This document shows, piece after piece, positions 11,899 through 20,264 of a stretch of DNA of 64,000 bases; positions within the stretch are counted from its first letter, which is position 1, and each line of letters opens with the position of its first letter. The stretch covers positions 6,720,001-6,784,000 of the forward strand of contig OY762069.1 in NCBI GenBank assembly GCA_963665095.1, read 5' to 3'. Made by a program: the position numbers and the translations under genes. The notes under the pieces were generated by a model that saw only the letters and a program-made list of their open reading frames with translations, was not told the DNA's origin and ran no database searches. This DNA comes from an uncultured Desulfobacter sp. (lineage in GTDB: Bacteria; Desulfobacterota; Desulfobacteria; Desulfobacterales; Desulfobacteraceae).

Positions 11899-12693
11899 TC
11901 ATCCATTACCAAGATAGGCTGACATCACCGCCTCATTGGTTTGTATTTCTCTGGGCGTTCCTTCGGCCAGTTTCCGTCCCTGGTCCAGAACCACTACCTT
12001 GTCGGACATGCCCATCACCAGACTCATGTCATGTTCCACCAGCATCATGGTGATGCCGGCCTGTTTGATTTTTTGAATCAGTTGACCCAGCGTCTGGGTT
12101 TCCACCGGGTTCAAACCGGCAGCCGGCTCATCCAGCAGCAGCAGCAACGGGTCTGACGCCAGGGCCCGGGCGATCTGGGCGGTTTTCTGGCGGCCCACAG
12201 GCAGGTCGCCTGCCATTTTGTGGGCATCGTCTGCAAGACCTGTGAACTCAAGCAGTTCTTCGGCTCTTTGCCTTGTCTGCTTCTCTTCTTTTTTCATGGC
12301 CGGAATCCTTGTGACCGCCGCCCAGAAACCTGTCCTGGTGCGCACATGCATGCCCACCATGATATTTTCAAGAAGGGTCATGGAGGAAAAGAGTTCCACA
12401 TGCTGGAAGGTTCTTGCCACCCCTGCTTTCACAAGCGTGTGCACCGGTGTTTTTCTGATATCCCTGCCATTGAAGACCACCTTGCCGGCATCGGGCCGGT
12501 AGATACCGGTGATCATATTGAAAAGGGTGGTTTTGCCCGCGCCGTTGGGTCCGATCAGCCCGCATACAATCCCGGTTTCAATGGAAAAGCTGATCTGGTC
12601 CTGGGCTGTGACCCCGCCGAACATTTTGGTCAGATTGCGGACATCAAGGATCTGCTTGGCCTGGATATGAGGGGCTCTTTGTGACAGTATCAT
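11899..12693 (-). CDS. livG: HAAT/Liv-family ABC transporter ATP-binding subunit (LivG-like)
   Basis: GPNGAGKTT, ARTFQ, LLDEPAAGLN, VEHDM, AYLG. Confidence 0.9.
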   Translation of the reverse strand: MILSQRAPHIQAKQILDVRNLTKMFGGVTAQDQISFSIETGIVCGLIGPNGAGKTTLFNMITGIYRPDAGKVVFNGRDIRKTPVHTLVKAGVARTFQHVELFSSMTLLENIMVGMHVRTRTGFWAAVTRIPAMKKEEKQTRQRAEELLEFTGLADDAHKMAGDLPVGRQKTAQIARALASDPLLLLLDEPAAGLNPVETQTLGQLIQKIKQAGITMMLVEHDMSLVMGMSDKVVVLDQGRKLAEGTPREIQTNEAVMSAYLGNG

Positions 12694-13646
12694 GCCCTGG
12701 CCCTCCGCGCTGTCCGGACCATATCCATAATGCCCCGGGTCAACCCCTGGGGCATGAAGATCATGACAACCATTAAAATCAATCCGAAAATGATCATCTC
12801 ATATTCGGCAAACCCGTGGAGTACCTCGGGCAGAAGCGTTAAAACTGCTGCCCCAAGAAGCGCCCCCCAGACACTTGCCATACCACCGATGACCACCATG
12901 GTGACCATCTTGATGGAGACCATGAACCCGAAGGATTCGGGACTGATGAACAGCACAAAGTGGGCGTACAAAAAACCTGCAATGGCGCCCAGGGCCGCTG
13001 AAAACATAAATATCTCAAGTTTGAGAAAGTGGGTGTTGATGCCGATGGCAACAGCGGCTTTTTCTCCGTCATGGATGGCCCGAAGGGCACGACCCGTGCG
13101 GGAGGCCAGAAGCCTTCTGCAGATGATCATGGCCGCAAACACAATACCCCAGACAAGGAAGAAGTAGCTTGCCCCGGACATGAAGACGAGCGACCCTGCC
13201 TCAAGTACGGGTATCCCCACAAATCCCGATGCCCCGCCGGTCACATCCGCCCACTCCCGGATGGCAATGGTGACAATCATGCCGAATCCAAGGGTGCCCA
13301 TCCCCAAGTAGTAGCCGGAAAGCCGCAGGGTGGGCAACCCCACAATAAAGGCAATGAGTACGGCCGCTCCCACCGCACACCCGAGTGCGATCCAGGGGTT
13401 GATGGCGTAGGTACCTGACAGGATGGCCGTAGTATAGGCCCCGATGCCGTAAAAGGCGGCATGGCCTAAAGAGACCTGCCCGGTGTACCCCATGAGCATG
13501 TTAAGTCCCAAGGCCAGAAGGGTGTTGATCCCGATAAAGGTCATGATCTGCAGGTAGTAGGTGTTTTCTGTCACCAGGCCAAAGATCAGTACCGCACAAA
13601 GAAAAACAATGTATTCAATCCAGATGGTTTTATTTTTATCCGTCAT
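12690..13646 (-). CDS. livM: HAAT/Liv-family ABC transporter permease (LivM-like)
   Basis: GYTGQVSLGHAAFYGIGAY, LRLSGYY, GRALRAI; multiple TM segments. Confidence 0.9.
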   Translation of the reverse strand: MTDKNKTIWIEYIVFLCAVLIFGLVTENTYYLQIMTFIGINTLLALGLNMLMGYTGQVSLGHAAFYGIGAYTTAILSGTYAINPWIALGCAVGAAVLIAFIVGLPTLRLSGYYLGMGTLGFGMIVTIAIREWADVTGGASGFVGIPVLEAGSLVFMSGASYFFLVWGIVFAAMIICRRLLASRTGRALRAIHDGEKAAVAIGINTHFLKLEIFMFSAALGAIAGFLYAHFVLFISPESFGFMVSIKMVTMVVIGGMASVWGALLGAAVLTLLPEVLHGFAEYEMIIFGLILMVVMIFMPQGLTRGIMDMVRTARRARA

Positions 13647-13649
13647 AAT

Positions 13650-14525
13650 CTAAAACCGCTTGGCCTCTTTGGCCGCAAACAGTCCGCCCGGCCGGATGTA
13701 AAGGATCAGAAGGAGAAGTACAAAGGCAATGGCATCTTTGAGGCCCGAAGAGATAAGCCCTGCGCCCAGCGATTCAAGAATGCCCAGCAAAAGCCCCCCG
13801 GCAAAGGCGCCCCACAGACTGCCAAGCCCCCCGATCATGGCGGCACAGAAGCCTTTAATGCCCAGCATCGTGCCCATGTCATAGGAACTCATGGTAATGG
13901 GAGCTATGAAAACGCCGGCCACAGCGCCGCAGCCGGCAGATATGCCAAAGGCCAGAATCCCCATCTTTTCCGAGGGGATGCCGGAGAGCCAGGCCGCCTT
14001 TTTGTTCACGGCGCAGGCTACCATGGCCTTGCCGGTAAGGGTCTGCTTCAGGAACAGATGGATGCCGCCGGCCAGCACCAGGGCCGCTGCCACGATCCAG
14101 ATGCTCTGGGGCAGCAGGGCCGCCCCCAGAATTTCTATGGACTCATGGCTGGAAAAGGAGGGCATGCTGAAGGGGTCTTTTCCCCAGGCAATCATGGCCG
14201 CCCCTTTCAGGAAAATACTTGCCCCCACTGTAATAATGATCAGGGTGATGGGTTCCGGGTTCCTGGCTGTTCGGATGGCTAAGCGTTCAAACACCAGTCC
14301 GAGCAGACATCCTATTGCCACAGCCCCTGCCATTGCCAGGGGCAGGGGGATGCCTAAACGCACCCACAGGGTCACCATGGCCAAGGCCCCGATCATGACA
14401 AATTCCCCGTGGGCAAAGTTGATCAGCTCCGTGGAGCTGTACAGCATGGACAGCCCCACGGCGATGACGGCATACACAGCGCCTGTGGTAATACCTGAGA
14501 ACAGATATTGGACAATTTCCTGCAT
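13650..14525 (-). CDS. livH: HAAT/Liv-family ABC transporter permease (LivH-like)
   Basis: INFAHGEF.MIGA, IGGLGS..GA..GG, RP.GLF. Confidence 0.9.
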   Translation of the reverse strand: MQEIVQYLFSGITTGAVYAVIAVGLSMLYSSTELINFAHGEFVMIGALAMVTLWVRLGIPLPLAMAGAVAIGCLLGLVFERLAIRTARNPEPITLIIITVGASIFLKGAAMIAWGKDPFSMPSFSSHESIEILGAALLPQSIWIVAAALVLAGGIHLFLKQTLTGKAMVACAVNKKAAWLSGIPSEKMGILAFGISAGCGAVAGVFIAPITMSSYDMGTMLGIKGFCAAMIGGLGSLWGAFAGGLLLGILESLGAGLISSGLKDAIAFVLLLLILYIRPGGLFAAKEAKRF

Positions 14526-14547
14526 ATTCTTTAACGAATCCCTTTTT

Positions 14548-15693
14548 CTATTTTAAGAGTGTCCAGGTACCGTTTTTAATTTCCACCATAACAAAGGCGT
14601 CAGGTGACAGACCGTTATGATCCTGGGGGGTGAAATTGAATTCCCCGGTGGCTCCCACGTAGCCTTTGGTGGCTTCCAGATTGTCGCGGATTTTTTGCTG
14701 GTCCCCGCCACTGCCTTTTAAGGCACCGACCAGAAGGTTCACGGCATCATAGGCATACCCGCCGAATCCTGACACATTTCCGGAAAATTTATTCTGATAA
14801 TCTTTTTGATAATCTTCAAGTATTTTTTTCTGAGGGTCTGAATTATCCAGCAGACTTGTCACAAGAATTTTACCCGTGGGGAGCATGTTGCCATTGGCCG
14901 CGTCCCCGGCCAGTTCAATGAACTTGGGCGATCCCACTCCGTGGCTCTGGTACAGGGGAATATCGATTTTAAGCTGTTTTGCATTTTTTGCCACCACCGC
15001 AGGCCCGGGGTTGGTGCCCCAGCAGACAATGGCGTCCGGGCCGGCTGCCTTGATTTTGGCCAGCTGTGCCGTGGTGTCGGTGTCTTTGGCCCCAAAGCTC
15101 TCTTTTAAGATTACCTCAATGCCGAAGTGTGATGCCTGGTCCAGCAACTGCTTTTTCCCGCTTTCGCCGTATGCGTTGGATACCGTGAGGATGCCAACCT
15201 TTTTAATCCCGGCAGCTTTCATCTGTCCGTACACGGCGGCAACGGCCAGAAGATCGCTCTGGGCGGTTTTAAATACATAAGGATCCACCGGGGTGGTGAT
15301 CTTGATACCGGCAGCACAGCTGATCAGAGGCACCTTGGCCCGTTTGGTGAAGTTGACAATGGCAAGGGTGGTGGGCGTGGTGGACGGCCCGATAATGGCA
15401 ATGACCTTATCCTTGTGGATCAGCTTGTTGACGGCAGATACCGCCTTGGCAGGGTCCCCTTCGGAATCGTAAATCACTGCCTCAAGCATATGGCCGTCAA
15501 TGCCGCCTTTTGCATTGATCTGCTCAACCATCATCTCCATGGTTTTCTTTTCAGGGTCTCCGAGAAACGAGGCCCTTCCGGTAACGGAGAAAATCCCTCC
15601 GATCTTGTAAACGGATGCAGCCATGGCGCCTGAGGCCATCAATATTGACAGGACAGCGGCAAGTAATGCAAGGGCAAGGTGTTTTGATTTCAT
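14548..15693 (-). CDS. HAAT/Liv-family ABC transporter substrate-binding protein
   Basis: Signal peptide MKSKHLALALLAAV...AMA; KIG...S.TG..S.LG, IN..GGI.G, YAYDAV; GAGGAG RBS before ATG 15693. Confidence 0.9.
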   Translation of the reverse strand: MKSKHLALALLAAVLSILMASGAMAASVYKIGGIFSVTGRASFLGDPEKKTMEMMVEQINAKGGIDGHMLEAVIYDSEGDPAKAVSAVNKLIHKDKVIAIIGPSTTPTTLAIVNFTKRAKVPLISCAAGIKITTPVDPYVFKTAQSDLLAVAAVYGQMKAAGIKKVGILTVSNAYGESGKKQLLDQASHFGIEVILKESFGAKDTDTTAQLAKIKAAGPDAIVCWGTNPGPAVVAKNAKQLKIDIPLYQSHGVGSPKFIELAGDAANGNMLPTGKILVTSLLDNSDPQKKILEDYQKDYQNKFSGNVSGFGGYAYDAVNLLVGALKGSGGDQQKIRDNLEATKGYVGATGEFNFTPQDHNGLSPDAFVMVEIKNGTWTLLK

Positions 15694-15735
15694 TGTTTTT
15701 CTCCTCTTAGTAATGGTGGTTGTTAAAATTTTTGT

Positions 15736-15785
15736 AAAAAAAAACCATGGACTTTTTTCGGTTTTTGCCGGCCTGCCCATGGTTT
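15736..15785 (-). terminator. Attenuator terminator hairpin in the 5' leader of the ABC operon
   Basis: Minus strand AAACCATGGGC...GTCCATGGTTT stem ending in a 9-T run, about 42 nt before the binding-protein start codon. Confidence 0.8.
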
Positions 15786-15811
15786 ATAATCCTTTTTATG
15801 TCTTGAATGCG

Positions 15812-15898
15812 TTACATCAAGGCTCCCCGGGCAGGCGGTCTAAAAAAGACACGGCTGCTAAATATAAAACTAAAAAAGTTACAATAGCGCTTGATCAT
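15812..15898 (-). CDS. Phe-rich attenuator leader peptide MIKRYCNFFSFIFSSRVFFRPPARGALM
   Basis: ATG preceded by AAGGA; 6 of 28 codons are Phe (all TTT); contains GCCTGCCC, which is complementary to GGGCAGGC overlapping the terminator 5' arm. Confidence 0.75.
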   Translation of the reverse strand: MIKRYCNFFSFIFSSRVFFRPPARGALM

Positions 15899-15937
15899 GG
15901 GTGTTTCCTTGTATTGTCATCACTGATATTCGCTACA

Positions 15938-15966
15938 TACCTAATCAAGCGGGCCGCTTGTGTCAA
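15938..15966 (-). promoter_or_regulatory. Putative sigma70 promoter with a palindrome in its spacer
   Basis: TTGACA-17 nt-TAGGTA on the minus strand; the spacer holds the perfect inverted repeat CAAGCGG-G-CCGCTTG (15946-15960). The -10 element is imperfect. Confidence 0.5.
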
Positions 15967-16234
15967 GCCTTTTTAACCGGCCAGTTTTTAAGGCGATCTT
16001 CATTTAATCGGCGTAGGATTTAAAACACCTGTCTTTATTTTGTCCCAGGATCGGATTCGCACGAATTATTAGTAGAAGCAGGAGATATGCCTAAGATAAA
16101 AAAATGCATGCTGTCTGTTTTTTGAGCCGGATCCAATGGTAAGGTCAGTTGCTCTGACTCTCATTATTGACAACACTGAAAGCAAATGCCAATAAAAGAA
16201 CTTAATTTAATGTTTACAATACCAGGAGGCTTGA

Positions 16235-16651
16235 ATGTCAACATCCATTTTGGACGTCAATGGTATCGGCCCGGCAAGTGCCGCGCTTTTAAAAGATGCC
16301 GGGATCACAACGGCAGATGAACTGGCAACAGCAACCGTAGCCCGGATAGTTCTGGTAAAGGGATTCAACCAGATCCGGGCGGCAATGGTCATTGAAGCGG
16401 CAGCAACACTGCTGGCAGCAGCTGAAGAATCTGAAGCACCACCTGAAAAACCAGTGGAAACATCTGCCTTGCCAACACCTTTGTCCGATACAAAGAAGAA
16501 AAAGGATAAAAAAAAGAAGGATAAAAAGGACAAGAAAGAAACAGGGGAAAAAGAATCCAAGAAAAAAAACGGCCAGAAGAAGACAAAGAAAAAAAGTTCG
16601 AAAAAGAAAAAAGAGACCCAAGACGCCAAAAAGGGAAAGAAAAAGAAATAG
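16235..16651 (+). CDS. Helix-hairpin-helix domain protein with Lys-rich C-terminal tail
   Basis: DVNGIGPASAALLKDAGITT..LA HhH-like motif; tail KKKKDKKKKDKKDKK...; AGGAGG RBS. Confidence 0.8.
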   Translation: MSTSILDVNGIGPASAALLKDAGITTADELATATVARIVLVKGFNQIRAAMVIEAAATLLAAAEESEAPPEKPVETSALPTPLSDTKKKKDKKKKDKKDKKETGEKESKKKNGQKKTKKKSSKKKKETQDAKKGKKKK

Positions 16652-16673
16652 AGAAGGTAATGTAGGTACGCCC

Positions 16674-16814
16674 TTAAATATTAACGACATCGCCGGGGAA
16701 CAGTTCCCTGGCAGGCTACCCTGCTTCCTGGTACCAGCCCCGGCCGTCGGTCACAAGAAGGACCTGGCCGCCCTTGTGGTGAATATGCCAGAAATTGCGG
16801 CATCCTGGTTCAAG
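16674..16814 (-). pseudogene. Cupin-domain gene relic
   Basis: Manual translation LEPGCRNFWHIHHKGGQVLLVTDGRGWYQEAG*PARELFPGDVVNI*: cupin motif 1 with an internal stop, no start, and truncation before motif 2. Confidence 0.75.
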
Positions 16815-16821
16815 CAAAGAA

Positions 16822-18070
16822 TCATTCACTTATAAAATCCGGCAGCTTGCCTTGAAACAATAAGCGTAACGCTTCGGTTGCTCTCATTCCATGCTTTTTG
16901 CACGTTGAGATGTAACTACGGATACGACAGAAAATTGCAGCTCCCTCCGTTGAGCGAAAACAGCCGGATATTTTCTGGTGAACTTTTGTCATCCTGATAT
17001 CATTTTCGCCCCGATTATTGGTAAACGGCACTTGTTGTTCATCCATAAAGCGAAGGGTCTCCGTTTCATAATCCATTAATCTTTCCAGAAGATTTCTTGC
17101 TTTGGATCGTTTAGTTCGGCCACGTTTATTTGGTTTCTTGCTTTCATCCGGTGGTGGGCATTCGCTTTGGGCCTTGTCCAGCAGGTCCCGGTATCTTTGT
17201 CGATATTCCCGGGAGTCTGCCGGCTCCAGTCGTCCTCCGGCATCATCTACCGCCTGATTGATCTGCAATAGAAGATCTCTCATGTCCCTGGCCCATGCTT
17301 GTTTGTCCTGTTCCCAGGCTCGTTCCAGTTCTCTGAGGTGGTGGGCATTGCACAGGGCATGTTGGCAGTCTAATCTGAAATATGGTTTCCAGTGGTCATG
17401 GCAAAGGACACCTTTGAAATGAGGCAACACCCCCATTTCTTCCATAGCTTCAAGCCCTCTTTTGGAATGGGGAAGATAGTAACTGTACAACTGATTGGAT
17501 ACACATTGATGCCGGTCTCATCGGCATGGCAAAGCCCGGATTCGATCAATTTGGATTTGACTATCGCCTCAAAGGCTTCCAGCTTATGATAGGCGTCATA
17601 GTTGAAGTTGAAAACGGTTCCTGCACTTATCGGAACCTTGACCTGATCCTGGAAGTCCTCTTCAATCCGTTTATACGGCACCAATTGGTACTGTGACATA
17701 TAGACTGAATGGACTTTTACATTAAGGCCATATTGCACCGGGCGGTTGATCCCCTCAGGGAATGGAGCTGTGAACCTTTTCCCATTGGCATCTTGAAGAA
17801 TTTGAGCCCTGTATTCGGTTACTATTCGTGAAATATCAATGTCGACAACCTGTCTGGATTCATAGCCAGCATCTTTGTACTCCCCTACTGGCAGAGTTTT
17901 TTTGTCCAAGGGGATATCTTCAATAAAATCCGGGGAATCAAATTGTTGCAGAGTAGTGCCAGTAACAGCTCTATTGCGCTTTTCAAAGCAGGGGAGACAC
18001 CAGCATCATTTTCCAGCAGTTTTTTGGTATTCTCTATTGTAGCCTCAACGTCTATTGACTCTATCTTCAT
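16822..18070 (-). pseudogene. IS66-family transposase, frameshifted and internally deleted
   Basis: Fragments MKIESIDVEATI..., YESRQVVDI...HADETG, HDHWKPY...HALCNAHHLREL, VPFTNNRGENDIRMTKVHQKISGCFRS lie in different frames. Confidence 0.85.
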
Positions 18071-18343
18071 TCGTTTCCTCAACATCGGTCCTTTAAATGA
18101 AGATATTATAACACAGGTTTTTAAGGTCGAATTTTTCGATCGAGGTTGCATTTTAGCGCATTTTAAAATTTTGGATGGGGCTTGTTACTGGTTTATTTTT
18201 TAAATGCCTATGTTCGGCCAATATCCAATGGACTCCACTAAAATGAAGGGCTTTGATAATCTCTTCTAAAATTCAAATTTTTCGTCAAAACCCTTGTCAA
18301 GGAAAAAATGACATCACATGCATTTTTTTTGCTGAATAGTTAC
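16824..18343 (-). mobile_element. Decayed IS66-family insertion sequence (single-ORF, ISBst12-like)
   Basis: Intact end GTAACTATTCAGC (18343-18331); transposase split over three frames; the other end is reduced to ATTCACT; AATCAT occurs on both flanks. Confidence 0.8.
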
Positions 18344-18455
18344 AATCATCTCATGTTTTTTCAGCAGGCCGGCCGACCGTTGATCGGCACATCATACACG
18401 ACAACTGCCCGGGCTGGTAAAAGACCGGGCAGGGAACCTTGTTTTTAAGCAGATA

Positions 18456-18932
18456 CTATCTGGTATAACCCTTCAGGGGAATATGCCTGCTAATGGCACC
18501 GCGTTCAGGAATATCGGCAACGATCTTTTTAAATTCCGTTTCGCTTTTGGTCCACCAGATACTCTGAGTGGGGGCAGTATACGCACCGTTTTCAATGCTC
18601 TGAACGCTTGCGGGGACAATCAGTCGGGTGCCCAGAATTCCAGCGTAGTAAATCAACCTTTTTTCCGGCTCCATGGGAAGGACATTGTCAATTGCCTTTT
18701 TAATGGCTAAAAGATCTTCTGTGGTCCCGGCAGACTCCATGGCAGCAGCCAGGATACGCATGGCGCAATAGTTGAGTATATTTTCGGAAGTGGCAACCGG
18801 TTGATTGTATTCCTTTGTATATCTGGCAACAAATTTATCCATGATCGGTCTGGGGCCGATATCCCGCACCCGGGCAACGCCCATGACACCGTTGAGCTTG
18901 TTCAGATCGCCATTGAAATCGAAAAAGAACAA
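18456..18932 (-). pseudogene. C-terminal fragment of a Liv-type ABC substrate-binding protein
   Basis: KFVARYTKEYNQ.....NYCAMRILAAAMESAGTTED...IKKAI resembles the C-lobe of periplasmic binding proteins; no signal peptide or N-lobe. Confidence 0.55.
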
Positions 18933-19310
18933 TTAAGCACTCCGGGTAAAGGCCTCGACGCCCATCATCAAGCCACCCCGGAAAGTGGGGCGAGACCATC
19001 ACCAGATTAACTGTATTAACCATTTATATATTAACGTTGTTCATGCTAAACTATAATAATATATAGCAAGCTACAACTGGTTAACTACTTTAATTTATTC
19101 TATATATAAAAGAGAAAACAACCAGACAGGCTCTCTTGTTGATGAAAATAAATAGGTTAACGATGTTAATGTTTATATATGGTATGAAATTGCTTGTTGT
19201 CAAACAGAATATGAAAAATAAACAAAAGCTAAAGATGTGTCTACCCGGCACAGAAGAATACAGGTGTTGGAATGCTGATATTAAAAAAAAGCCGCTACAT
19301 CAAACTTGTA

Positions 19311-19550
19311 TTATTCGAATAACCAGCTGTATTCCAAGCCCGGTCCCATACATTTCCAACCATCATCAAGTAATGAGAGACCTGTTGAGTTGAAATCAAT
19401 ATCGGTCTGGCGCTCAATGACAGCGACATTGCCATTCTGGTTTGATTGAAACGCCACAGCTTTTCCATGTTTATGCAGGAGTACGAAGTTATTAGCGCCT
19501 TTTTGAAAGAGCCTTTGTAAGCCGGCTTTCGGAAAATCATTTTCATTCAT
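19311..19550 (-). CDS. Hypothetical protein (79 aa)
   Basis: GGGGGAG RBS upstream of ATG; protein-like composition; directly downstream of the LysE gene. Confidence 0.6.
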   Translation of the reverse strand: MNENDFPKAGLQRLFQKGANNFVLLHKHGKAVAFQSNQNGNVAVIERQTDIDFNSTGLSLLDDGWKCMGPGLEYSWLFE

Positions 19551-19610
19551 CGTTTGTACTCCCCCTCGAATTGCCCGCCTTTTGCAGGCATCCCTTGAAC
19601 CTATAATTGT

Positions 19611-20243
19611 TCAGGATTCCACACTGGCAGTGGCCAGTTTAAACGCTAATCCCGCAAATATGGTACCGGCAATACGGTTCATGTATACCTGAATCCGGGG
19701 AGACCGGCTCAGCAGTCGGCCCAGGTTGCCTGCGGCCAGAGCAACACCACTGAATACTAAAAAAGTCATTAGAATAAAAATCAGCCCGAGCATCATTACC
19801 TGCACTGCCACGGAGCCATTGGCAGGGGATGTAAACTGGGGTAAAAAGGCCAGAAAAAATATAGAGACTTTGGGGTTGGTAATATTCATGATGATTCCCC
19901 GCCGGTAGAGCCTGGCAGCTGATAATGAATTTGCCGCCTCATTATCAAACCGGGAAGCGGACGATCTGAATGCCTGCCAGGCCAGATATAAAAGATAGGC
20001 GGCCCCAACTGTTTTTAAAATGGTAAAGGCCAGTACCGAGGCCTGAAAAACAGCCGCTACCCCGAAAGCCACAGCACAGGTATGGAAAATTAAGCCGGTG
20101 CACAGCCCTAGGGTAACCAGAACCCCTTTTTTCCATCCAAGCAGCGCTGACTGTGTGAGGACAAAAATATTATCCGGGCCCGGGGCCAGTGCAAGCAACG
20201 CCGAAGCAAGGGTAAATGCGACCAGGGACTGTGGAGATACCAT
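19611..20243 (-). CDS. LysE/RhtB family translocator
   Basis: PGPD motif, GAAYLLYLAW, NITNPK..IFFLAFLPQF. Confidence 0.92.
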   Translation of the reverse strand: MVSPQSLVAFTLASALLALAPGPDNIFVLTQSALLGWKKGVLVTLGLCTGLIFHTCAVAFGVAAVFQASVLAFTILKTVGAAYLLYLAWQAFRSSASRFDNEAANSLSAARLYRRGIIMNITNPKVSIFFLAFLPQFTSPANGSVAVQVMMLGLIFILMTFLVFSGVALAAGNLGRLLSRSPRIQVYMNRIAGTIFAGLAFKLATASVES

Positions 20244-20264
20244 CTGTTTTTCCTTTTTTAGTTG

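Noticed and set aside
15694..15780. N-terminal extension of the ABC binding protein in the ORF track (MGRPAKTEKSPWFFF...)
   Set aside because: It translates the terminator hairpin. The real start is ATG 15693 with a GAGGAG RBS and a signal peptide.
16207..16690. Phe-rich minus-strand ORFs
   Set aside because: Reverse complement of the Lys-codon-rich tail of the HhH gene; not a second Phe leader or a membrane protein.
19010..19300. Very AT-rich stretch and 85-aa ORF 19136-19393; considered as a CRISPR leader or origin
   Set aside because: No repeat-spacer array, cas gene or clustered DnaA boxes were seen. More likely a leftover promoter region of the decayed locus.
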